From Candidatus Micrarchaeota archaeon (GTDB lineage Archaea > Micrarchaeota > Micrarchaeia > Anstonellales > JAHKLY01), in contig JAHKLY010000001.1 of assembly GCA_020854825.1 (NCBI GenBank), positions 64,001-128,000 of the forward strand: a stretch of DNA of 64,000 bases. Direction: 5' to 3'. A program made the translations under genes and the position numbers. The notes beneath the pieces were generated by a model, which searched no databases, had not been told where the DNA came from, and worked only from the letters and a program-made list of their open reading frames with translations. Shown piece by piece: positions 40,421 through 51,112 of this stretch. Every line of letters starts with the position of its first letter. The first letter of the stretch is position 1.

Positions 40421-41825
40421 TTAAAAACAAACAAGCATTCCATAAAATAATAATTAAATATATAAAATTAAATGGAATAAAAAAAATAGGAGATAATAAA
40501 AATATAAAGCAGATTAATCCTAATACACTCCTATTTATTACTTTTTTAAATTCAAATTTGTTTTTTCCCAAACCCGTAACTCCATAGGTGTTCGGTTTTG
40601 ACTTAAATATTCCTTTTATTAATGCAGAAATCCTAGTAAGGATTAAAGAAAAATTAATTAAATACGCAAAAATACCAATTTTATAAGAATTATTATAAAT
40701 TTTAGAAAAAACTAAGATAGAAAACGGAAATAAAAAAACAAACAGCAATAAAGAGATATAAAAATTATAAGTTGCAGGTATATACATTAAAAAAAAGATT
40801 AAAAATATAGAAGAAACAAATTGACTAACAGATAAAAAATGAAGTCCTAAAAATTGTATTAAAAAATTGAAATGAAGTTTGAATGGAATTTTAGTTATAT
40901 TTTTGATATAACAATCAAAAAGCAACCGAGTATTGGAGAAATTATATCTAAATTGCTGTTTCTGGAACTCACTATAACTCTCTATTTTATAACTTAAACA
41001 ATAACTTTTGTTTATATATTTTCCTTTGTATCCATTTATTAATGCTTTAAAGGAATATGCAATATCTTCTATTAAATAATTAGGAAATCCTCCTAATTTT
41101 TTAAGTATCTTTACATCCATTAATGCTAAAGAACCCCCAAATAAAGCAGCATCTTTTTTATTATTAATTGGCTGGATTAGATTATAAAAAAACGCATTTG
41201 TTTCTTTAATCGCATTTTCAAAAATAGTCCCATTTATTGTGGTTTTTTTTGTTTGTATATATGCTAATTTATTGTCTTTAAAAAAAGGTAATAAATCAAT
41301 TATAATATTAGGATCTACTAATTTAAAATCATCTTTATCAAAAATAATTAAAAATTCCTCATTACAATAATTAAAAATAAAATTATTTAAGTTTCCTGCT
41401 TTAAAATTATTATTATTCTCTCTTGAAACATATTGAATATTATTTTTTGTACAATATCTTTTAAGCTCCTCTTTTAATTTTTTTCCTTTTGAATCATCCA
41501 ATAAATATAATTTCTTATTCTCATATTTTATATTCTTCATTGATACTAGTGTGTTTTTAACTATCTCTTTATCCTCTCCAGAAAAAGTGCAGACAACCGC
41601 TACAGAGGGCTCTTTTTCAAATGATGTTTTAATTAATTCGTCCTCTTTTTGAGTTAAATAATAAAAATAAGAAGATAAAAGAAAGACTGCATTTAAAAAA
41701 ATACATATAAAAAATATAAGTGAAAAAATGTTAGTTAAATTTATTATTATAAAAGAAAAATAAACAGATAATAGTACAAAAAAAAATAATAAAACCAGTG
41801 GGATGTTTTTTTTACAGAAATTCAT
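40389..41825 (-). CDS. GT2 processive glycosyltransferase (cellulose-synthase-like)
   Basis: LLDDS, KAGNLN, IFDKD, YIQT, IED, QQFRY; TM helices at both ends. Confidence 0.85.
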   Translation of the reverse strand: MNFCKKNIPLVLLFFFVLLSVYFSFIIINLTNIFSLIFFICIFLNAVFLLSSYFYYLTQKEDELIKTSFEKEPSVAVVCTFSGEDKEIVKNTLVSMKNIKYENKKLYLLDDSKGKKLKEELKRYCTKNNIQYVSRENNNNFKAGNLNNFIFNYCNEEFLIIFDKDDFKLVDPNIIIDLLPFFKDNKLAYIQTKKTTINGTIFENAIKETNAFFYNLIQPINNKKDAALFGGSLALMDVKILKKLGGFPNYLIEDIAYSFKALINGYKGKYINKSYCLSYKIESYSEFQKQQFRYNFSNTRLLFDCYIKNITKIPFKLHFNFLIQFLGLHFLSVSQFVSSIFLIFFLMYIPATYNFYISLLLFVFLFPFSILVFSKIYNNSYKIGIFAYLINFSLILTRISALIKGIFKSKPNTYGVTGLGKNKFEFKKVINRSVLGLICFIFLLSPIFFIPFNFIYLIIILWNACLFLTTFLFLYLFG

Positions 41826-41877
41826 ATATTTATCTAAATCTTAAGGATTAAAAAGGGTTCTAATAATTAAAATATCT

Positions 41878-43131
41878 ATGTATATCTGTCAATTTATTTG
41901 GAATATTTTCACATATATCGGAACTTTCATATTACTATTTGCTAATGTATTTCTAATTTATTCTATAATCAAATATAAAAAAGAGATAGAAAAAAAATAT
42001 TCTGATACTGATTGGAAACCAAAAGTTTCAATTATAATTCCTACTTATAATGAATCTGTAAAAACATTAGAAAAAACTATATTGTGTGTTCTTAAAAGCA
42101 ATTACCCAAAAAACAAATTAGAACTAATAATAGTAGACGATGGCTCTACAAATGACTCTTGTGATATTATAAAACAAAAATATAAATCGCAAAATATTAA
42201 AATATTTAAAAAAGAAAATGGAGGTCCTGCAAGTGCAAAAAATTATGGAATAAAAAAATCCAAAGGAGAACTTGTTGGTACAATAGACTCTGATTCATTT
42301 ATAGCTCCGAATACAATTTATAATATGATAAAAATATTTAAGTCTGATAAATCTATAGGGGCTGTTGCGTCTTCTGTTAAAATATTTAATCCCAAAAAAT
42401 GGATAGAAAGATTTCAACATTTTGAGTATGAAGTAATTTTATATGTTAGAAGAATATTTATGGTTTATGAAAGTATTTATGTAACTCCAGGTGGTTTTTC
42501 ATTATACAAAAAGAAAATTTTGAATAAACTCAAAGGGTTTGATGAAAATTCATTAACAGAGGATATTGAAATTGCTTTAAGAATTCAAAGTTTAGGATAT
42601 AAAATACGGTCTTCTTTAGATGCTTATGTGTATACTGTCCCCCCTCAAGATATATTATCCTTAATAAAACAAAGAGTAAGATGGATAAGGGGGGGCATAA
42701 GAGATAGAATAAAAAACAGGCATCTTTTTAGTTTTGAATATGGAGACTTTCTATATTTGGGTATGTGTTTTGATTTTATAATACTAATACCTATATGTAT
42801 AGGTATTGTTGCTCCTTTTATTATGGCTTTGTTGAATGCTTCATGGATTAATGAACTTGGTTTTGTTTCTTTAGCTTATTTATCTACGTCCCATATTACA
42901 GGGATTGGAATAATAATCACCATATTAACTGTATCTTGGACTTTATCTGTTATTAATTTTATGGAAAAAAATAGTGAAGAGGGCACAAAAGTAGGATGGG
43001 ACCCAATCGGAATATTAATATTTATATTTGCTTATGGATATATTATGGTATTTTCATGGCTTGTTGCGTTTTATAAAGAAATTACATTTTCAAAAAAATC
43101 TTGGGAAACAAGAGAATCTATTGTGAGGTAA
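41878..43131 (+). CDS. GT2 processive glycosyltransferase (PgaC/IcaA-like)
   Basis: IIPTYNE, VDDGS, DSD, LTED, QRVRW. Confidence 0.9.
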   Translation: MYICQFIWNIFTYIGTFILLFANVFLIYSIIKYKKEIEKKYSDTDWKPKVSIIIPTYNESVKTLEKTILCVLKSNYPKNKLELIIVDDGSTNDSCDIIKQKYKSQNIKIFKKENGGPASAKNYGIKKSKGELVGTIDSDSFIAPNTIYNMIKIFKSDKSIGAVASSVKIFNPKKWIERFQHFEYEVILYVRRIFMVYESIYVTPGGFSLYKKKILNKLKGFDENSLTEDIEIALRIQSLGYKIRSSLDAYVYTVPPQDILSLIKQRVRWIRGGIRDRIKNRHLFSFEYGDFLYLGMCFDFIILIPICIGIVAPFIMALLNASWINELGFVSLAYLSTSHITGIGIIITILTVSWTLSVINFMEKNSEEGTKVGWDPIGILIFIFAYGYIMVFSWLVAFYKEITFSKKSWETRESIVR

Positions 43132-43135
43132 TAAA

Positions 43136-43783
43136 ATGGGAAGAAATTTTAGTTTGAATGTATATACAACTGTTTTTATAATTACCCTAGCTTTATTTTT
43201 AACTGGCATATATATAGGAATGAAACTTAATGATATTTATTTAATCGATTTTGGAAAAGAAGTAGAAACATTAAATGTTAAAATGCACTCTTATGAACTA
43301 TTATTCTTATTAGATAACTCATCAATGGGGTGTGATTTATATGGTGAATATGCAGTTACGTTAGATTCTGAAACCTTTTCTATAGGTGCAAACTTAGATT
43401 ATATGGAACAACACCAAGGAATTGAAAACAAAGAATTAAAAATGCAATATTTCAAACTTGAAATGAGGGATTATTTGATATCAAAAAAAATGATAAAACA
43501 ATGCAATCTTAACCAATCAATTATATTATACTTCTATTCAAACACAGAATGTATACTTTGTAGAGATCAAGGATTTGAATTAGATAAACTAAAGCATGAT
43601 ATAAATATAAACAACCAAACAAACGTGCGCACATACTCATTTGATGGAGATTATGAAGATAGTGCAGTAATACGCGCATTAAAACACGAATTCAATATTT
43701 CTACATATCCTGCATTAGTCATCAATGATCAAGTATATGAAGGCTTAAGGCGCTCACAGGAGATTAAGAATAAATTAAATTAA
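43136..43783 (+). CDS. Membrane-anchored thioredoxin-fold protein
   Basis: N-terminal TM; LYFYS...CILC..QG..LD; YPALVIN. Confidence 0.7.
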   Translation: MGRNFSLNVYTTVFIITLALFLTGIYIGMKLNDIYLIDFGKEVETLNVKMHSYELLFLLDNSSMGCDLYGEYAVTLDSETFSIGANLDYMEQHQGIENKELKMQYFKLEMRDYLISKKMIKQCNLNQSIILYFYSNTECILCRDQGFELDKLKHDININNQTNVRTYSFDGDYEDSAVIRALKHEFNISTYPALVINDQVYEGLRRSQEIKNKLN

Positions 43784-44181
43784 TCTAAAAACTGTATTCT
43801 TTCTTTTACGCGCTTTTGATATTCTTTATATATTTTATTAACAGTCCTGTCATCTACGCGCCCGCCATTATATTTATGATTTCTTAATGCGCCTGAAAAG
43901 GTCATTGGGATGTGAAGAATTTCATGTATAATGACTTTTTCTTTGTCTTCAATTGATAATTTATCAAATTCCTCAGATAATACTTCAATAACATAAAAGG
44001 GTTTAACTTCGAGCGCTTCCTGCCATATTTTAGGAAAATTCCAAATACGAGCATAAGCATTTGCATTTGATCCAAAAGAGCGCATACATATAATTCTTGC
44101 CTCATTAATGTGCCCAAAATCTAAAACGTCTAATAATTTTTCAGCCATTTCTTGAATATCTGACGCCTTTTCAAATTTCAT
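43780..44181 (-). CDS. Putative metallopeptidase (COG4900-like)
   Basis: AYARIW, YVIEV.SE.F, IHEILHIP..FSGAL. Confidence 0.85.
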   Translation of the reverse strand: MKFEKASDIQEMAEKLLDVLDFGHINEARIICMRSFGSNANAYARIWNFPKIWQEALEVKPFYVIEVLSEEFDKLSIEDKEKVIIHEILHIPMTFSGALRNHKYNGGRVDDRTVNKIYKEYQKRVKERIQFLD

Positions 44182-44231
44182 ATTAAAATATTGACTTAAA
44201 TATTTAAATAATCTTTCTAAATAATAAATAT

Positions 44232-44807
44232 ATGGGTTTTCTAAAAAATATTAAAAATTTGATAAACAAACGAGAATTTCAAAAAACTACTGAATTTCCA
44301 AAAATAATTTTAGATGATAAAACAAATGATGCAGTTTGGATATTAAATAATATTAAATCTCCTTATGAACCTATATGTTTAGGTGTTGAAATAACTATTT
44401 TATCTGAAAAAAAAGAGGAAACAATAACTAATCAAACAGATACATTAATAAATAAAGATAAAATTAAAGAAGTTGCAGACACATTTATGAAAGAAATATC
44501 AAAGGGTCCTGGAAATTATGACATTCAGGTTTTAGAAAATTGTATTTTTCTTAGTGAAGAATTAGATTTACCAATTATAACTTGTGAATTAATACTCAAT
44601 ATTATTGACACCCAAATAAACACCTTAGAAAGAAAAGGTGCATCAAATCATTGGAAAGAAGAACATACAGATATGATTATGGATTTAAATTCTCTTTTTT
44701 TAACCCCATACACCCATTCTAAATTATTGGGAAATAACGAAAAAAAAATACAAGAATTAAGACAAAGAATTAAAGAGCTTGATAAAAAATACTGTCAATC
44801 CTCTTGA
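44232..44807 (+). CDS. Hypothetical protein
   Basis: 191-aa ORF filling the gap; no motif recognised. Confidence 0.55.
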   Translation: MGFLKNIKNLINKREFQKTTEFPKIILDDKTNDAVWILNNIKSPYEPICLGVEITILSEKKEETITNQTDTLINKDKIKEVADTFMKEISKGPGNYDIQVLENCIFLSEELDLPIITCELILNIIDTQINTLERKGASNHWKEEHTDMIMDLNSLFLTPYTHSKLLGNNEKKIQELRQRIKELDKKYCQSS

Positions 44808-45094
44808 TCTTCTCTAAATTTGGGATTTATCATTTCTGGTGTCCATTTAATATTATACATTAGTTCTACTTTAACTTCTTTAACTCCATCAAGTTCATTA
44901 ATTGAATCTTCTACTTTTTGTGCTATTATTTTTTTCATTGGACATGCAGGAGTAGTAAATGTCATTTTAATATATACTCTATTTTGTTCCTTAATATTTA
45001 TATCTAAAATCAATCCTAAATCATAAACACTAATTGGGATATGTGGATCAAAAACTGTTTTTAATTTTTCAATTACTTGTTCTTTAGTTACCAT
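44795..45094 (-). CDS. DUF59/SufT/MIP18 metal-sulfur cluster assembly factor
   Basis: V.DP.I..SV.DLGLI, MT.TTPACP, WTP. Confidence 0.9.
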   Translation of the reverse strand: MVTKEQVIEKLKTVFDPHIPISVYDLGLILDINIKEQNRVYIKMTFTTPACPMKKIIAQKVEDSINELDGVKEVKVELMYNIKWTPEMINPKFREDQED

Positions 45095-45155
45095 AATTTT
45101 AATTTAATACCTATATATTTAAATAGATAAACTAACAAGGAAATATGTGAGTTTT

Positions 45156-46553
45156 ATGTTTAAAATATATAACACATTAACCAGAGAAATCAATGAATTT
45201 AAGTCCATTAAAGAAGGAACAGTTAGTTTATATACTTGTGGACCTACTGTCTATAATTATGCACACATAGGCAATCTTAGAACTTATATTTTTGAAGATT
45301 TACTTAAAAGATGGCTTTTATACAAAGGTTACACAGTAATTCATATTATGAATATTACTGATGTTGATGATAAAACAATACGTGATTCACAAAAAGAAAA
45401 TATTTCACTTAAAGAATTTACAAAAAAATATACTTCTTCTTTTTTTGAAGATATCAAAACCCTCAATATATTACCTGCAAATAATTATCCTTGTGCCACT
45501 GAAACAATCCCAGAAATGATTGAAATAATCAAGAAGCTCATTGAAAAAGGATATGCCTACCAAGGTGAGGATAAATGCTGGTATTTTTCAGTGTCTAAAT
45601 TTAAGGATTACGGCAAATTGGCACACATGGATTTATCAGAGCTCAAATCTGGAGCTAGAGTTGCACAAGACGAATATGAAAAACAACAGGTAGCAGATTT
45701 TGCACTGTGGAAAGCATGGGATGAAAAAGACGGAGATGTTTATTGGGAAACAGAACTTGGGAAAGGGAGACCGGGTTGGCATATTGAATGTACTGCTATG
45801 AGTACTAAATACCTTGGTAATCACTTTGATATTCATTGCGGAGGGGTTGACAACATGTTCCCTCACCATGAGAATGAAATTGCACAGACCGAAGCAGCAA
45901 CCGGAGAAACATTTGTCAATTATTGGCTGCATTCGGAGCATTTGATTGTTGAAGGCAAAAAGATGAGTAAATCAACAGGAAATTTCTACACATTACGCGA
46001 CCTCTTAAACAAAGGATATAAACCTAGTGCAATAAGATGGCTTATGCTTTCGACCCACTATCGTGAACAATTAAATTTTACTTTTGATGCTTTAAAAAGT
46101 TCCACAGAAACATTACAAAATATTGACTTGTTTATTCAAAGAATTATACTTAAAGAAAAAGAAACAGAAGAAGGAAAAACAGCAGAAATAGATGAATTTG
46201 TTGATGATGCAAGGAATGGTTTTGTTGAAGCCATGGATAATGATCTTCAAATTTCACAGGCCCTCCCAAACTTGTTTGGTTTTATTAACAAAATAAACAC
46301 TAAAATAGATTTAATGAAAAAAGAGGATTTCAAAAGCGTTCTTGAATTTTTAAAAGAACTTGATTCTGTTTTAGGAGTCATGAAATTTGAACTGCCTGAA
46401 GTACCTAAAGAAGTTGGAAACCTTCTTGAACAAAGAAACAAAGCCCGTGCAGAAAAAGACTGGGAAACATCTGATAAAATAAGGGACCAGCTGATTGAAA
46501 TGGGTTATGAAGTCCATGATGACAAAGGGAAAACGAAGATTTACAAAAAATAA
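45156..46553 (+). CDS. cysS: Cysteinyl-tRNA synthetase
   Basis: CGPTVY...HIGN, DFALWK, GRPGWHIEC, FPHHENE, KMSKS. Confidence 0.98.
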   Translation: MFKIYNTLTREINEFKSIKEGTVSLYTCGPTVYNYAHIGNLRTYIFEDLLKRWLLYKGYTVIHIMNITDVDDKTIRDSQKENISLKEFTKKYTSSFFEDIKTLNILPANNYPCATETIPEMIEIIKKLIEKGYAYQGEDKCWYFSVSKFKDYGKLAHMDLSELKSGARVAQDEYEKQQVADFALWKAWDEKDGDVYWETELGKGRPGWHIECTAMSTKYLGNHFDIHCGGVDNMFPHHENEIAQTEAATGETFVNYWLHSEHLIVEGKKMSKSTGNFYTLRDLLNKGYKPSAIRWLMLSTHYREQLNFTFDALKSSTETLQNIDLFIQRIILKEKETEEGKTAEIDEFVDDARNGFVEAMDNDLQISQALPNLFGFINKINTKIDLMKKEDFKSVLEFLKELDSVLGVMKFELPEVPKEVGNLLEQRNKARAEKDWETSDKIRDQLIEMGYEVHDDKGKTKIYKK

Positions 46554-47036
46554 TTATATTATTTTAAAACACTTATCTGCTATTAAATGTGAAAAATAAC
46601 CTATCGCACCCGCTAATAAAAATAATATTCCAAAAACAAAATATAATATTATTGAATAAACACATACTGCTAACAATGTGTGTGTTATCCCCCTATGTTT
46701 TGGACGTATTAAATTACTTAAACCTAACCAAGCTAAACAAAAAACAGCTGAAAAAAATAAAAATATAATAAAAGAATCTGAAGAAAAAGTAATAAAAAAT
46801 AATTTATAAGAAAATAATATTAATAAAATAAATACTGTTCCATTCATAATCTTTGTTCCTTTGCTTTTAGGATGATCTAAGTCTGGAATAATGGCGCTTA
46901 ACATACCAATAAACAAAAAGAGAATTACTTCACTTTCAGTAGAAACAATTTCTGGATATAAAAAATAAATAGATGTTAAACATAACAAAAATCCAATTAA
47001 TAGGTGACCTAAATAATCCATCTGATCACTTTTCAA
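46554..47036 (-). CDS. YdjM-like membrane metal-dependent hydrolase
   Basis: GH, PDLDHP.S, HRGITHT, SHLIAD. Confidence 0.88.
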   Translation of the reverse strand: MKSDQMDYLGHLLIGFLLCLTSIYFLYPEIVSTESEVILFLFIGMLSAIIPDLDHPKSKGTKIMNGTVFILLILFSYKLFFITFSSDSFIIFLFFSAVFCLAWLGLSNLIRPKHRGITHTLLAVCVYSIILYFVFGILFLLAGAIGYFSHLIADKCFKII

Positions 47037-47508
47037 ATTTATTTATCATTTCTTTTATTTTAGAAATATAAAATTCCTCTCCTTCCTGCTTAAAATCTAC
47101 TTTTTTAGCAAAATTTAAAATTTCATAATACTTTTCCCCTAATTCCATCTTATAAAAAATAAATTCTTCTTCATCAACACAACCCAATTCATATAAAATT
47201 GCCAAATCTTTTAGTTGTTTTAAAACTGCTCTTGCTTTTGGGGAGATTTGTTTTGATGGGCTACTGCGAATTATAGAAAGAATATTTAATATTAATATCA
47301 AAATTCTGTTTTTTATTTTAGAAAGGGTTGTTTTTTCTGTTGATGTCTTTCTTAATTTATCTAAAATTTTCTCTTCTTCTTTTAAAGGAGTTAAATATGT
47401 CATTTCTTCAAAAAAGTGTTTTTCAAATTTATGCAGATTATTCTCTAGCATATATGAATCTTCTATTTTTTTTTGCTCTTCCTTTTTTTGTTGCCTTATT
47501 TTTGGCAT
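47026..47508 (-). CDS. Hypothetical protein
   Basis: 160-aa ORF coupled to the ydjM-like gene. Confidence 0.5.
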   Translation of the reverse strand: MPKIRQQKKEEQKKIEDSYMLENNLHKFEKHFFEEMTYLTPLKEEEKILDKLRKTSTEKTTLSKIKNRILILILNILSIIRSSPSKQISPKARAVLKQLKDLAILYELGCVDEEEFIFYKMELGEKYYEILNFAKKVDFKQEGEEFYISKIKEMINKFEK

Positions 47509-47559
47509 TTACATCACATTATATTGAAAAAGGAAAAATATAAAAAGGATTGTAAACAA

Positions 47560-49713
47560 ATGAATAATATGTTTGAAGAAGAAGGCAGCCATTATTGGAT
47601 TTTAGCAATTCTTTTTGTGGGTGCTGTTATTATAATCTCAGGTTTATATGTAACTGGCATTTTAAAATTAGACGCTCCTCCTCTTCCTCCAAAAAATATA
47701 CAAATAACACAAATTCAAAATTCGTTAAAAATTACTTGGGATAAATCTCCCTCTGTTGATGTTATTGGATATAATATATATAGAAGTAAACAATATTCTG
47801 TTCAAGGTGAAAAAATAAATCAAGAAATAATATATGAAACTGAATTTATAGATAAGTGGTTAGTTGAAGATGGTACTTACTATTATTTAGTACGTGCTGT
47901 TGATAATACACAAGAAGACGAAGGTATAACCCAAGTTACTTATTATTTTGACACTGCTCCTCCATATGGAACTATTATTTCTATCAATAATGGAACTAAA
48001 TATACAAATACAAAAAAAGTAAAATTAAATTTGGAATCACATGATAGTTATATTTGTAGATATAAAAACGAAGGCGGAAACTGGACTGACTATACAAATT
48101 ATGTTTTAATAAAAGACTGGGAACTAATTGACGAAGAAGGATTACAAATTGTGTATTATCAATGTCAGGACAGAAATTATAATGAAGGTTCAATTGAAAG
48201 TGATTCAATTATTTTAGATAAAACTTTACCAGAAATGGAATTTATACGTTCGATAAAAAACATTTATTCTGAAGACGAAATCATAAACTTTTCTATTTAC
48301 TTACTAGATAATTATCCAAATAATTTATCTTGTTATATATATTTAAATAATACTTTAATTGCTAATCAAGTAAAGGAATTTTTTGATGCTTTTTTAACTT
48401 TTAATTTTAATATTGAAAAACAAAGTAATGGAACTTATTTAATAAAACTAGTTTGTGAAGATGAAGCAGGAAATCAAAATATATTTTCCAAAAATATAAA
48501 AAGTATTATAATTGGAGAATACAGATCAAAAGAAGTTAATATAACTATTAATAGAGATGAAGAAATAACAAATAATAGAGAAGTAATTTTATATGTAAAT
48601 TCTAAAAACGCAAACAAGTGTAGATATAAAAATGAAGAAAGAGAATGGAGTGAATGGGAAAAATATACCTCTTCTTTAAATTGGGTACTGAGTTCTGAAG
48701 AAGGGATAAAAACTGTGTATGTTGAATGTTTAAATAATATAAATGAAAGTTTAGGGATTAATTGGGATACAATAGAATATAAAATAATTTCTGGCTCTTC
48801 TGGAATCATTAAATGTATTGGTGTTCCTTCAAATTTAAATATAATAACAGATAAATGCACTAATTCTTTAACTATTAATTTAAAATTAAGTGCTGTTTGT
48901 GCTGATGAATGTACATATAGAGAAGTAGAATCTGGAATTTGGAGAAGATGGGAAGATTATAGAAACTCTAAAGAATTTTCTTTAAGTGCAAGATATGGTG
49001 AAGGAATAAGAGAAATTGAATATAAATGTAAAAATAAATATGGTGAGTCAGAAATAAGTAGTGCAAAAATACATTATGATATAACTCCGCCAAGTGATTA
49101 CGTATTTTTAGAAGCTAATTCACAAGAAGATGGGAAAATTAGGCTATTTTGGAGTTATTTAGGTGTAAAAGAAGATACTTTTGATATTTATAAAAAAAGT
49201 TTAGTTGGAAGAACATTTAATTATGTAGATAATACAAATCAAAAATATTGGATTGATTATGACACATATAATGAACAAGAATATCACTATTATATAGTCG
49301 TAAAGGATTGTGCTGGTAATGAAGGAATAACACCTAGTAATGTTATATCTATTATTGCTGACTCTGAAAAACCAGAAATAAGTATCTATTCTCCATACGA
49401 AGGAGAAGAATTTAATAAAAAGAACATAAATCTAGAATTTGAAATAGAAGATAATTTGTCTTATTTGATCACATGCCAATATCAAGCTGGTGGAAGTAAA
49501 AAAAGTTTAGGAAATTATTATTCAGGACAATATGTTTCTGAAAATATTGCTCTTTCGCCTTCTTCATCAATTGCAAGTGGAGATGAAAGAATTAGAATAT
49601 ATTTATATTGTAAAGATGGGTCAGGAAATGAAGAAATAAACTATGTTTCTGTGATTTATATTCATGAAACAGAAATAGAAGAAGAAATGTCTGGTCCTGG
49701 AAATATTGATTAA
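47560..49713 (+). CDS. Membrane-anchored fibronectin-III/Ig-repeat surface protein
   Basis: N-terminal TM; ITW...GYNIYRS...YYYLVRAVD; three copies of TN...V.L...C.Y.....W..(W/Y)..Y...L...G...C. Confidence 0.8.
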   Translation: MNNMFEEEGSHYWILAILFVGAVIIISGLYVTGILKLDAPPLPPKNIQITQIQNSLKITWDKSPSVDVIGYNIYRSKQYSVQGEKINQEIIYETEFIDKWLVEDGTYYYLVRAVDNTQEDEGITQVTYYFDTAPPYGTIISINNGTKYTNTKKVKLNLESHDSYICRYKNEGGNWTDYTNYVLIKDWELIDEEGLQIVYYQCQDRNYNEGSIESDSIILDKTLPEMEFIRSIKNIYSEDEIINFSIYLLDNYPNNLSCYIYLNNTLIANQVKEFFDAFLTFNFNIEKQSNGTYLIKLVCEDEAGNQNIFSKNIKSIIIGEYRSKEVNITINRDEEITNNREVILYVNSKNANKCRYKNEEREWSEWEKYTSSLNWVLSSEEGIKTVYVECLNNINESLGINWDTIEYKIISGSSGIIKCIGVPSNLNIITDKCTNSLTINLKLSAVCADECTYREVESGIWRRWEDYRNSKEFSLSARYGEGIREIEYKCKNKYGESEISSAKIHYDITPPSDYVFLEANSQEDGKIRLFWSYLGVKEDTFDIYKKSLVGRTFNYVDNTNQKYWIDYDTYNEQEYHYYIVVKDCAGNEGITPSNVISIIADSEKPEISIYSPYEGEEFNKKNINLEFEIEDNLSYLITCQYQAGGSKKSLGNYYSGQYVSENIALSPSSSIASGDERIRIYLYCKDGSGNEEINYVSVIYIHETEIEEEMSGPGNID

Positions 49714-50705
49714 AATTCTCTATTTATAAAAAAATCTGCCATACTTAATAATTTTTCTTTTGCCTCTGAATCTTTAAGCTCTTTATTTAATTTTTCTTTT
49801 TCTTTATTAATAATATTTTTAGCAAATTCTTTTGAGTAATTTATAGAATCATATTTTTCAAATAGTTCAACAACTTTATTTTTTAATTCTTCATCTTCTG
49901 TATGGCTATCTAATGTTTTAGTTAAAAAATCTCTTTCTTCAGGAGTACATTTTTCTAAGGTATTTATAACTATTAAGGTTCTTTTTCCTTCTGTTATGTC
50001 GCCTTTTATAATTTTTTGGAATTTTTTATTATCTCCTACTATATCTAAAATATCATCTTGTATTTGAAATGCTATTCCTACTGCTAAACCAAAATCTCTT
50101 AAAACTTCTATTTGTTTTTCTGTTCCATCTCCTAAATATGCACCTAATTCACAAGCTCCTGCTATTAGTGCCCCTGTTTTTCCTTTAACCATCATTAAAT
50201 AATCTTCTTCTGTTAAATCCCATTTATTATATGTAAACCAGCCTATTTCCCAGCCTTGACCATCTAATACTCCTTTAAATGCTTTATTATAAATATGAAT
50301 TGATCTTTGTAGTTTATCTTTTGGAATATTTGCTTCTTCTACTGCTTTCCAAACATATACAAATAACCCATCTCCTGCATTTATTGCTAATGGGATTCCG
50401 TTAGTTATATGTATACAAGGTTTTCCTCTTCTTTTTAATGAATTATCTTCTATATCATCATGTACTAAAGTAAAATTATGAAATATTTCAAAGGCTGCTG
50501 CTGCTTTTTTAATTCCTTCATATTCGCTTCCTACTGCCCTGCAACATAATAAAGTTAAAAGAGGTCTGAATCTTTTTCCTCCTCTATCTAAAAATTCCCA
50601 AATCAATGGATATATTGTTTTTGGTTCTGCATTTCTAGGTATTATTTCTTCCATTATTTTATCTATTTCTGGGGCTCTTAGAGTAAGCAATTCTAAAATA
50701 TTCAT
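49710..50705 (-). CDS. Polyprenyl diphosphate synthase (GGPP synthase-like)
   Basis: GGKRFRP, HDDIED...RRG, GQ, KTGAL, FQIQDDILD. Confidence 0.93.
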   Translation of the reverse strand: MNILELLTLRAPEIDKIMEEIIPRNAEPKTIYPLIWEFLDRGGKRFRPLLTLLCCRAVGSEYEGIKKAAAAFEIFHNFTLVHDDIEDNSLKRRGKPCIHITNGIPLAINAGDGLFVYVWKAVEEANIPKDKLQRSIHIYNKAFKGVLDGQGWEIGWFTYNKWDLTEEDYLMMVKGKTGALIAGACELGAYLGDGTEKQIEVLRDFGLAVGIAFQIQDDILDIVGDNKKFQKIIKGDITEGKRTLIVINTLEKCTPEERDFLTKTLDSHTEDEELKNKVVELFEKYDSINYSKEFAKNIINKEKEKLNKELKDSEAKEKLLSMADFFINREF

Positions 50706-50792
50706 AAGAATTATTTAACCTGTTGTATATAAAAAGTTTTTCTTTTTAATAAATACCAATAATTTTTAAATTAAAAGAAATAGGTGAGGCAG

Positions 50793-51038
50793 ATGGCATC
50801 AAGAATATCAAATATATATGGAATGGATATCTACACAGATGGTGGTGGATTTTTAGGAAGAGTACAAGATATAATAGTTGATCTAGAAAAAGGAGAAGTA
50901 GTAAGATTAACTATGGAACCTTTAAATTTCTTAGTTTCCAAGGAAGAAGCAATGAGAATTTTAAAGGAAAAAAGTATTCTTTATAAAAGTGTTAAATCTG
51001 TAGAAGATGTTGTAATTGTAACAAAAACAAGAGAATAA
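50793..51038 (+). CDS. PRC-barrel protein (CdpB-like)
   Basis: IYGMDIYTD.G.FLG.V.DIIVD...V.SV.DVVIV. Confidence 0.85.
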   Translation: MASRISNIYGMDIYTDGGGFLGRVQDIIVDLEKGEVVRLTMEPLNFLVSKEEAMRILKEKSILYKSVKSVEDVVIVTKTRE

Positions 51039-51112
51039 GTGGGAATATAGACCCCCCTTACTTCTACTATTATTAAAATTTAACTTTTTTTTCTGATTTT
51101 TTAATATTTTTA

